This document shows positions 57,501 to 64,000 of a DNA stretch of 64,000 nt, piece after piece. The notes under the pieces are model-generated. The model saw nothing but the letters and a program-made list of their open reading frames with translations, did not search any database and was not told the DNA's origin. Source of the stretch: Flavobacteriaceae bacterium (lineage in GTDB: Bacteria; Bacteroidota; Bacteroidia; Flavobacteriales; Flavobacteriaceae). Position numbers and translations under genes: made by a program. The stretch's first letter is position 1, and the number at the start of each line of letters is the position of its first letter. The stretch is from the NCBI GenBank assembly GCA_947453885.1, contig CANGIF010000011.1:10012-74011 (forward strand), in the 5' to 3' direction.

Positions 57501-58015
57501 TCTTTGTTGTAAATTTGTTTTAGCAACCACCAAACGGTTTCCATATATTTGGATTTGTAGGTCACATACGGATCTTCCATATCAACCCAATACCCCATTT
57601 TTTCGGTAAGGTCGTTCCATACGTCAGTATAACGCATCACGGTTCGTTTACATGCTTCGTTGTATTCTTCAACCGAAATGGTTTTTCCGATGTCTTCTTT
57701 AGTGATTCCTAATTCTTTTTCAGTTCCAAGTTCTACTGGCAAACCGTGTGTATCCCAACCCGCTTTACGTTTTACTTGAAAACCTTTTTGAGTTTTATAA
57801 CGACAAAAAATATCTTTAATAGCACGCGCCATTACGTGGTGAATTCCGGGTAATCCGTTTGCCGAAGGTGGCCCTTCAAAAAACACATACGGTTGGTTTC
57901 CTTCACGCGAAGTAACACTTTGTTCAAAAACGTTGTTTTTCTTCCAAAAATCAAGAACTTCTGACGCTACCGTTGGCAAGTCAAGTCCTTTGTATTCAGT
58001 AAATTTTGTGCTCAT
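54587..58015 (-). CDS. ileS: Isoleucine--tRNA ligase (long, type-2 form)
   Basis: It has the HIGH-type PSANGLPGIHH and the KMSKR-type motif KMSKRLGN, and contains a CP1 editing domain. I placed the start at the ATG at 58015 (MSTKFTEYKGLDL). Confidence 0.97.
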   Translation of the reverse strand: MSTKFTEYKGLDLPTVASEVLDFWKKNNVFEQSVTSREGNQPYVFFEGPPSANGLPGIHHVMARAIKDIFCRYKTQKGFQVKRKAGWDTHGLPVELGTEKELGITKEDIGKTISVEEYNEACKRTVMRYTDVWNDLTEKMGYWVDMEDPYVTYKSKYMETVWWLLKQIYNKDLLYKGYTIQPYSPKAGTGLSSHEVNQPGSYRDVTDTTVVAQFKTKAETLTNFLQGFGDVHILAWTTTPWTLPSNTALSVGPKIDYVLVETFNQYTYRPVKVILAKNLVGKQFGKGFFASVDPSDFENFKEGDKNIPYQILAEFKGADLVGIRYEQLMPLALPYQNPENAFRVISGDFVTTEDGTGIVHTAPTFGADDAKVAKEATPEVPPMLVLDENGNPVPLVDLQGKFIQGLGNYSGKYVKNEYYKDGEAPERSADVEIAIQLKEENKAFKVEKYVHSYPHCWRTDKPILYYPLDSWFIKVTEIKDRMFDLNETINWKPKATGEGRFGNWLKNANDWNLSRSRYWGIPLPIWRTEDGTEEMLIGSVEELYAEIEKSIAAGFQSENPFKGFVVGNMSEENYDLVDLHKNVVDGITLVSPSGKAMKRESDLIDVWFDSGAMPYAQWHYPFENKELIDENKAFPADFIAEGVDQTRGWFYTLHAIGTLVFDKIAYKNVVSNGLVLDKNGQKMSKRLGNAVDPFTTLAEFGPDATRWYMIANANPWDNLKFDIEGVAEVRRKFFGTLYNTYSFFSLYANIDGFKYEEAEIPLKERPEIDRWILSELHTLIKIVDEAYADYEPTKAARAISDFVQENLSNWYVRLCRRRFWKGEYGTDKIAAYQTLYTCLLTISKLGAPIAPFFMDKLYRDLTLATQSEKFESVHLAQFPESVENFVDKSLESKMMKAQTVSSLVLSLRKKEMIKVRQPLQKVMIPILDENQRAEIEAISDLIKAEVNVKEIELLDDASGVLVKQIKPNFKVLGPRFGKDMALIASEIQHFTTAQINEIEKNGSLNVVISGNSVLLSLNEVEISSQDIEGWLVANGNGITVALDITLSESLINEGIARELVNRIQNIRKDSGFEVTDKIKVQLQRSGELSKNESANVLEVAINNNKDYIMSETLTRELVFEDELKDGIEIEFDDIKTKIVISK

Positions 58016-58063
58016 TTTGTCGGTTTCTAAAATCAATTTGCGAAAGTAATAAATTGTGGTGAG

Positions 58064-59050
58064 TTATGAGTTAAAAGTAAATCCTAATTTTTCCCGAACG
58101 CTGTTTAGTACTTTATTGGCTTGTTTGGAAGCTTTTGCCGCGCCTAAACTTAGCAATTCATCTACTTCTTTTAAATTGTTCATGTAGTAATTATACAGTT
58201 CGCGTTCCTTTTGAAATTTGATTACTAAAAGTTCGAAAAGTGCTTGTTTAGCATGGCCATATCCAAAATTTTTAGTAGAATTTTGATAATTGATAGTCAT
58301 TTCTGCTATTTGTTCTTCATCAGCAATAAGCTTGTAAATTGCAAATATTTTACAAGTTTGTGGGTTTTTAGGTGCTTCTAAAGGCGTACTATCAGTTTCA
58401 ATGGTCATTATTTGTTTGCGCAATGCTTTGTCGTCTAAAAAAAGGTTGATCACATTGTTTGCCGATTTACTCATTTTGCCTCCATTTGTTCCTGGTACAT
58501 ACATGGTTTCTTCTTGAATTTTAGCCTCTGGTAAAACAAATGTTTCTCCCATTTGGTGGTTGAATCGAGCGGCAACATCGCGTGTAATTTCGATATGTTG
58601 TAACTGATCTTTACCTACAGGAACAAAATTAGCATCATATAATAAAATATCAGCAGCCATTAACATTGGGTAACTAAACAATCCAGCATTGACATCTTCT
58701 AATCTGTCTGCTTTATCTTTAAACGAATGAGCTAATGTCAATCGTTGAAAAGGAAAAAAACAACTTAAATACCAAGACAACTCAGCTGTTTGAGGCACAT
58801 CAGACTGGCGGTAAAAAGTAACTTTAGATACATCCAAACCACAAGCCAACCATGCAGCTGCTGTGCTATAGGTATTTTGTCGGAGCGTTGCACCGTCTTT
58901 AATTTGAGTGATAGAATGTAAATCGGCAATAAAAAGGAAAGATTCGTTTTCAGGCTGTTTCGATAGAGCAATTGCAGGTAGTATAGCGCCTAACAAATTC
59001 CCCAAATGTGGAGTTCCTGTACTTTGAACTCCGGTAAGTATTTTTGACAT
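58064..59050 (-). CDS. trpS: Tryptophan--tRNA ligase
   Basis: 328 aa class-I aaRS. It has GTPHLGN (HIGH-like), GKDQLQHIEITRD and KMSKS. Confidence 0.96.
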   Translation of the reverse strand: MSKILTGVQSTGTPHLGNLLGAILPAIALSKQPENESFLFIADLHSITQIKDGATLRQNTYSTAAAWLACGLDVSKVTFYRQSDVPQTAELSWYLSCFFPFQRLTLAHSFKDKADRLEDVNAGLFSYPMLMAADILLYDANFVPVGKDQLQHIEITRDVAARFNHQMGETFVLPEAKIQEETMYVPGTNGGKMSKSANNVINLFLDDKALRKQIMTIETDSTPLEAPKNPQTCKIFAIYKLIADEEQIAEMTINYQNSTKNFGYGHAKQALFELLVIKFQKERELYNYYMNNLKEVDELLSLGAAKASKQANKVLNSVREKLGFTFNS

Positions 59051-59236
59051 GAATAACTATTTTGTATCATACAAAGTTCGTAAAGTTTTTTATTTTATTT
59101 GTAAAAAGTTATCATTTCAATCTATATTTCGTTTTAGCAGTATTTTTAACTGTAAAAAAAAACAGAAGTTCCAATTTATTTAAATGCAAAAAGCCTTTTC
59201 TTTTAAATACAAATCTATTTGTGTACATTTGACTTT

Positions 59237-59983
59237 ATGAAAGCAGCAAAAACAATTTTTTGGATTTTATGGCGCATTTGGTTTTATTTTCTTTTAGGAC
59301 TGCCCATAATTGTTATGTTACCCTTTTTGGTTTTGTCTATTTTAAAAGAAAAATGGTACCCTTATTTTTTTATTATGGCTCGAATTTGGGCTAAAGTTAT
59401 TTTGTTTGGCATGGGTTTTCGATATTCAATTGAGCAAGAAGCACGTTTAGATCCAAAACAAAGTTACATGCTCATTTCAAACCATACTTCTATGGCCGAT
59501 ATTATGCTTATGCTTGCTATAACTAACAACCCATTTGTTTTTGTGGGCAAAAAAGAGTTGGTCAAAATTCCTCTTTTTGGTTTTTTTTACAAACGTACCT
59601 GTATTTTAGTTGATCGTTCAAATTCACGTAGCAAAGGTGCTGTTTTTCAATTGGCTCAAAAAAGATTGAACCAAGGTTTGAGTATTTGTATTTTTCCTGA
59701 AGGAGGCGTACCAACACAAGATATTATTTTAGACGATTTTAAAGACGGTGCTTTTCGGTTAGCTATTGAACATCAAATCCCTATTGTTCCCATTACTTTT
59801 TATGACAATAAGGAACGGTTTTCATTTCGTTTTTATAGTGGTAGTCCAGGTAGAATGCGTGTAAAAATACATGCATTCATTCCTACAATTGGTAAAACAC
59901 TTGATGACAAAAACACTATTAAAGCTCAATCAAGAGCTGTAATTTTGAATGAATTAACTAAAAAAGATACTTACTTGAAATAG
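59237..59983 (+). CDS. plsC: 1-acyl-sn-glycerol-3-phosphate acyltransferase
   Basis: It has NHTSMADI (HX4D) and FPEGG motifs and an N-terminal TM anchor. I placed the start at the ATG at 59237 (MKAAKTIFW...). Confidence 0.88.
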   Translation: MKAAKTIFWILWRIWFYFLLGLPIIVMLPFLVLSILKEKWYPYFFIMARIWAKVILFGMGFRYSIEQEARLDPKQSYMLISNHTSMADIMLMLAITNNPFVFVGKKELVKIPLFGFFYKRTCILVDRSNSRSKGAVFQLAQKRLNQGLSICIFPEGGVPTQDIILDDFKDGAFRLAIEHQIPIVPITFYDNKERFSFRFYSGSPGRMRVKIHAFIPTIGKTLDDKNTIKAQSRAVILNELTKKDTYLK

Positions 59984-60324
59984 TGTTAAGATTCCGAATA
60001 TTTTATTTGTTTAGATTCTTGTTTAAAATTGTGAATAACGTATTTTTTGTTTTTTAAGTGTTTAGTTTACTCACTCCAAATTTTTAAATTATTCATTTCA
60101 TAGTTAAAAATTATATAAAGGCCTATTTATATATTAACTACATCATAAATTCCTGTTGTATTTTTATTGAAGCATTTACGATTCCCTTGGCGATTATTAA
60201 TTGTTATTATATCATAATTTACATTCTCTTAAACACAAATAGTTCTTTTTTTATTCAGTTGACAGTAGTACTAAAGTACAAATTTTATCCTTTTATGAAT
60301 TCATACATTCTATTGACTATACAA

Positions 60325-60358
60325 TATAAAAAAACCGCCTCTGATTAAGAGACGGTTT
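60325..60358 (-). terminator. Rho-independent terminator after the lipoprotein gene 60386..61687
   Basis: The stem aaaccgcctct/agagacggttt (one mismatch, short loop) is followed on the minus strand by a 7-T run, about 30 nt after the stop. Confidence 0.7.
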
Positions 60359-60385
60359 GTATGTAATTGATGTTAGTATTTTAAA

Positions 60386-61687
60386 TTAGTTACCAACAAC
60401 TTTAATGTTATCTACCTCCCATGTAGAGGCAGCTGAAGTAGTTGAAGTATATTTAAAAGCAATGTAAACATTACTATTTCCAACATAATTAGCAAGACTA
60501 ATAGGTCCTGAAGATGCCCAAGCAAAACTTCCGTTAGACAAATTTGCTGTTAAAGTAGTCCATGTCGCGCCAATAGGACTTCCTGTACCTGAATAGTTTG
60601 TAGAAATTAATACTTGTAATGGATTACCTGTATAATTATAAGCATTATCAAACGTTAGGGTTGCTGTTGAGTAAGCACTAAGATTTACAACAGGAGAAAT
60701 TAACCAATCTTCGTTAGCTTTATTTCCACCTGAATATCCTGACATAGTTGCACAAGGAGCAGGGTTTCCAAAAGTAGCTTGAGCCCAAACTTGCGAACCC
60801 GTAACACTAAATGCGTTCCATGCAGTCAGACCATTAGTAAAATCTTCAAATAAAGCAGGCACTAATCGAGCTTCAGTTAATTTAAAATCACTTTCATAAC
60901 GAACCATGTATTGGTATGTTGAGCTATACTTTGTCATTACACCTCTAATTGAACCTTTTTTAGAAGGGACACGGTTAACAGAAAATGGTGCATATTCACT
61001 AATTCTACAAACACTTGTAGTTCCTAAATTTGGATCTTCAATAGTATGATTAGTTGCATAACCACCAGAATCCACATCAAAATAAGTTCTTCCAACAGAA
61101 GAATTTGCAAATTGTACGCCGTCAACTTCAACTAAAGTATTTTGAGAGGCATCTGATAATGCTTGACTTAATGTCATGTGACGCAATAAAGTGCTTTCGT
61201 CAACTACTACATCAGATGGAAATAAATACTTTTGATAGTCTAATGGTTCAAGACCATTTAAACTACTGTCCCATCCAATTTTTAACGACCCGTATAGCAT
61301 TCCAAAATAAAGTCCTTTCAATTTGATAAAAACTTTTCTTCCAGGATAAAAACCGTCTGCAAAAATCATTGATTTATCAACGCCTACGCTAAATCCAATT
61401 GGAGTTCCAGTAGCTGTTGGTACATCTTGGAACGAAATGGATTTATAAAAATTACCACCAGCGTCATTTGAAGTCACATAAGCCTCAATTACATCATCAG
61501 CTGTGTATTGCGTTGGATTACTTGTTGCCATTGCCTTTAAAGCGGCAACCGTCATGGTAGTTGGTATAGTGTACGTTTGTATTTCCGGCGTTCCAGTTTT
61601 GTAGGCTCTGTCACTATTTGTACAACTAACTATAGAAACAGCTAAGCCAAGTACAAAGCATTTTAGTATTACAGTATTAATTTTCAT
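60386..61687 (-). CDS. Surface lipoprotein, OB/beta-barrel-like N-terminal region (DUF5689-like) plus a C-terminal choice-of-anchor-J-like domain
   Basis: 433 aa with a lipobox (IVSC). Its C-terminal ~150 aa are paralogous to the neighbouring 200-aa protein (shared WLISP, AFKY and [V/I]DN[I/V]K[V/I]V). The family names are from memory. Confidence 0.6.
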   Translation of the reverse strand: MKINTVILKCFVLGLAVSIVSCTNSDRAYKTGTPEIQTYTIPTTMTVAALKAMATSNPTQYTADDVIEAYVTSNDAGGNFYKSISFQDVPTATGTPIGFSVGVDKSMIFADGFYPGRKVFIKLKGLYFGMLYGSLKIGWDSSLNGLEPLDYQKYLFPSDVVVDESTLLRHMTLSQALSDASQNTLVEVDGVQFANSSVGRTYFDVDSGGYATNHTIEDPNLGTTSVCRISEYAPFSVNRVPSKKGSIRGVMTKYSSTYQYMVRYESDFKLTEARLVPALFEDFTNGLTAWNAFSVTGSQVWAQATFGNPAPCATMSGYSGGNKANEDWLISPVVNLSAYSTATLTFDNAYNYTGNPLQVLISTNYSGTGSPIGATWTTLTANLSNGSFAWASSGPISLANYVGNSNVYIAFKYTSTTSAASTWEVDNIKVVGN

Positions 61688-61705
61688 TTTAGTTTAATTT
61701 TAGGG

Positions 61706-62308
61706 TTAATAAACAATTTTTACGTTGTCAATTTGATAAGTACCACTAATAGCAGGTACTCCAATATATTTAAAAGCAAAACGAATAGAACCGGTGTACT
61801 TTGACAAATCAATAGCTCCTGAATTCACATACACATATGCTTTAGTAAGTGGATCAGGTTGTGTCATCGTATAAGGAATTTTAGTCCAATTTGCAGTAGC
61901 AAAATTTGATCCAGTAAAATTGGTAGCAATGTACAGTTCTACAATATTAGTAGTTGTATTAACGTATTTACTATGACAAGTTTGGAACGACAATTGTTCA
62001 CCATCATGTTGATCCATGTCAATAGCCGGTGATATTAACCAACTGTTCAATTGCGACACTGAACTAGAAGTGCTATAACCATTTAATTGGGCATAGCCAT
62101 CTCCACCATAAATTCCAGCAGACCAAACAGTGGTTCCCGTTTGTGCATATGTAATCCATCCAGCAGGAAGGGTAGTACCACCATCAAAAGTTTCTGAAAA
62201 ACCAACAGTTTTTAAAGTTGGATATTCAACATCGCTATCTTTAGTACAGCTTGAAAAAAGTGTACCTACAACAATGAACAAAGCAATAAGTTTAGTTTTT
62301 GTTATCAT
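61706..62308 (-). CDS. Small surface lipoprotein, choice-of-anchor-J-like domain
   Basis: 200 aa with a lipobox (LFSSC). It has the same domain as the C-terminus of 60386..61687 (NSWLISPAIDM..., IRFAFKYIG..., QIDNVKIVY). Confidence 0.6.
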   Translation of the reverse strand: MITKTKLIALFIVVGTLFSSCTKDSDVEYPTLKTVGFSETFDGGTTLPAGWITYAQTGTTVWSAGIYGGDGYAQLNGYSTSSSVSQLNSWLISPAIDMDQHDGEQLSFQTCHSKYVNTTTNIVELYIATNFTGSNFATANWTKIPYTMTQPDPLTKAYVYVNSGAIDLSKYTGSIRFAFKYIGVPAISGTYQIDNVKIVY

Positions 62309-62319
62309 AGTTTTTAAAA

Positions 62320-64000
62320 TTAGAAGTTAATATATAAGTTGACAAAATATGTTCTACCGTAACCATAAAAATATTTAGGTCCAAATGCAGGCGTTGCAGC
62401 AGTAACACCTGTGTTTGGATTAGTGTGAACTGTGTTGTCTTGATCTAGTTGTGTGTAGTTTGAATTTCTTGCTTGTTCAAAACCACCTGTTTTGTATTTA
62501 GTATCCAATACGTTGTTTACCATAATATTTATACCAAAAGTTTTGTTGTCTACTTTCCATGATTTTCCACCTGAAAGGTTTAATAAGGAATAATCATTAA
62601 ATTTTTCTTGTTTTAAAAGTTCGGCAGCTCTTACTTCAGAAGCTCCAGAAACAGGTACTCCTGGTGATAATGCAGCATCATCATAAAAACGAGCAGTTCT
62701 AGTAATTGGTGCAACATCAATATAAGTGTTTCCTATGTAATTCATATTAGCACCTACAAACCAAAATTTAGGATCTCTGTATTCCAAACCAATTGAAGCT
62801 GCTTGTTGAGGCATGCCCGATTGTTTGTAGTTTTTAAGTTTAGCTTCACCATAGTTTAATACTGGTTTTGTGTTGGTAGCAGTTGCTAAACCATCAATGT
62901 TAAGAGATACATTTGGATTATTGTCATAAATGTACTCTCCATATGCAGCACTTGCAGAAACTTTAAGAGTAGAAGTTATTGGATATTCAAATCCTAATTC
63001 TAAACCTACATTTCTTTTGTTTATTCCCGTTACTGTTTCGGCTACAAATGAATTACTTTCGTTTGCAATAGTTGTAGGATCATCAACGCCTGCTCCATCT
63101 CCAAAAAAGAAGGAAGTTTCGGTTTGATTTTGAATTTTAGAATAGTAAGCGGTTAATCTTGTTTTTAATTTTGGAGCATTAATAATGTAACTTGCATCAA
63201 CACTAGAAATGGTTTCATTAGAAATTCCATCCACAACATTATTATTAAGACGAGCGTTGTTGTACACATTTCTTAAAGAAGGCGCTTTTGTCATGTAAAC
63301 TCCATTAATAGAAAGAAATTGTCTTCCAGTAATTTTGTAAACTAAACCACCTTTAAAGCCAAAATTATCAAAAGACATTTTATCACCTTTTCCAAAAGAA
63401 TTAGATGGGTAATACCCATTTTTATACAAACCTTCTCTTTGGTATGAAGAGTGCGAATACGATTGTGCTAAATAAAAATCTACCTTTTTATAGGTAAATT
63501 TGAATTGTGTAAATGCATCCATATTGGTTGAAGTTAAATTATAGTTATAACCAAAGGTATCGCCAACACCAACCGTTCTGTGTTGGTTATTCAAATCAGA
63601 TTGTTGTTGAGCATCGTTAGCACCAAATTGATTTTTATCAATAAAATAAGCTCCTCCTAATAAATCCAACATTTTTTGGAAGTTATGAGATTTTAAATTT
63701 CTAAAAGTTCCTCCAGCATTTAAAACAATATGAGGCGCTAACTGCGAGCTTAAAACTGTGTTAGCAGTAAATTGCTTGTCATCAGTTCTGTCTTCATATA
63801 AAGTGTACATACTGTTCGTATTTCCTCCTTGTTGATGGGTATTAGCATAAATTAAATGATCCCAATCAAGTTGACCGTTAGCAATAAAATAATCTTTGTT
63901 TTTTTGCGCTTGAACATAATCCGGTGTCCAGTTGCCACTTGAATCATATAGTGATGTTTCATAGCTTGGCATATTTTTATAATAGGTTGGGTCAGGATTA
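62320..64000 (-). CDS. TonB-dependent receptor, C-terminal ~560 aa (5' end lies outside the window)
   Basis: It has beta-barrel repeat composition and ends in the typical aromatic terminus (...YGRTYFVNLYINF). The reading frame stays open upstream of the Met at 63972 to the window edge (...NPDPTYYKN-M...), so the ORF-track start is not the true start. Confidence 0.88.
   Translation of the reverse strand, partial: NPDPTYYKNMPSYETSLYDSSGNWTPDYVQAQKNKDYFIANGQLDWDHLIYANTHQQGGNTNSMYTLYEDRTDDKQFTANTVLSSQLAPHIVLNAGGTFRNLKSHNFQKMLDLLGGAYFIDKNQFGANDAQQQSDLNNQHRTVGVGDTFGYNYNLTSTNMDAFTQFKFTYKKVDFYLAQSYSHSSYQREGLYKNGYYPSNSFGKGDKMSFDNFGFKGGLVYKITGRQFLSINGVYMTKAPSLRNVYNNARLNNNVVDGISNETISSVDASYIINAPKLKTRLTAYYSKIQNQTETSFFFGDGAGVDDPTTIANESNSFVAETVTGINKRNVGLELGFEYPITSTLKVSASAAYGEYIYDNNPNVSLNIDGLATATNTKPVLNYGEAKLKNYKQSGMPQQAASIGLEYRDPKFWFVGANMNYIGNTYIDVAPITRTARFYDDAALSPGVPVSGASEVRAAELLKQEKFNDYSLLNLSGGKSWKVDNKTFGINIMVNNVLDTKYKTGGFEQARNSNYTQLDQDNTVHTNPNTGVTAATPAFGPKYFYGYGRTYFVNLYINF

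Noticed and set aside
59224-59231. TACATTTG upstream of plsC as a -7 promoter box
   Set aside because: It matches TAnnTTTG but ends only 5 nt before the chosen ATG, which would imply a leaderless transcript. This cannot be supported from sequence alone.
62320-63972. Met at 63972 as the start of the TonB-dependent receptor
   Set aside because: The frame remains open to the window edge, and a 550-aa product would lack the plug domain and TonB box. The gene is truncated by the window.
1-64000. Mobile elements, prophage, tRNA/rRNA genes and classical defence systems (restriction-modification, toxin-antitoxin, CRISPR-Cas, retrons)
   Set aside because: I recognised no transposase, integrase, recombinase, phage structural, methyltransferase or nuclease motifs in any frame. 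I saw no GC-rich structured RNA-like islands in the intergenic regions.

Overview
This is a low-GC, densely coding chromosomal segment that looks like Bacteroidota, Flavobacteriaceae-like. The evidence is AT-rich codon usage, TAnnTTTG -7 promoter boxes, many lipoproteins, DUF4270/DUF4292/DUF3108-type genes and a Bat operon. Most of the window is core housekeeping.

Core content, in order:
- panD (partial) and panC, a half-size GlgA-like gene, a DUF4270 gene and glmS.
- A biotin cluster, bioF-bioD-bioA, followed by a FabB/FabF-like ketoacyl synthase.
- A convergent metal-uptake locus: an Nramp/MntH-USP fusion facing feoA-feoB plus a 40-aa Cys-rich ORF that is not in the supplied ORF track.
- cvpA, pheS, a TPR/DUF4292/EnvC-like operon, a nucleotidyltransferase, dut, a MOP-type flippase and an aldo/keto reductase.
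- A complete 8-gene MoxR/DUF58/BatA-E aerotolerance-type operon (29.0-38.0 kb).
- CYTH, rlpA, pgi and an M23 peptidase.
- An aromatic amino-acid catabolism group (tryptophan 2,3-dioxygenase, hppD, hmgA, an APC permease).
- A patatin/beta-barrel protein, uvrC, a 5-formyl-THF cyclo-ligase, lspA, a DksA-like gene, ileS, trpS and plsC.
- A TonB-dependent receptor (truncated by the window edge) followed by two paralogous surface lipoproteins.

I recognised no rRNA, tRNA, CRISPR array, transposase or integrase.

The stretches that the core genes do not explain are:
1. An AT-rich orphan two-gene module (26.4-29.0 kb) whose larger gene is bracketed by a 15-bp inverted repeat.
2. A 42-bp tandem repeat array (about 4.5 copies) upstream of a small HTH gene. 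Each unit carries a promoter-like box.
3. The ketoacyl synthase embedded in the biotin cluster.
4. An ~0.85-kb decayed, frame-broken spacer between glmS and bioF.
5. The receptor plus non-SusD lipoprotein trio.

All functional calls come from reading motifs in the translations. No database search was possible.
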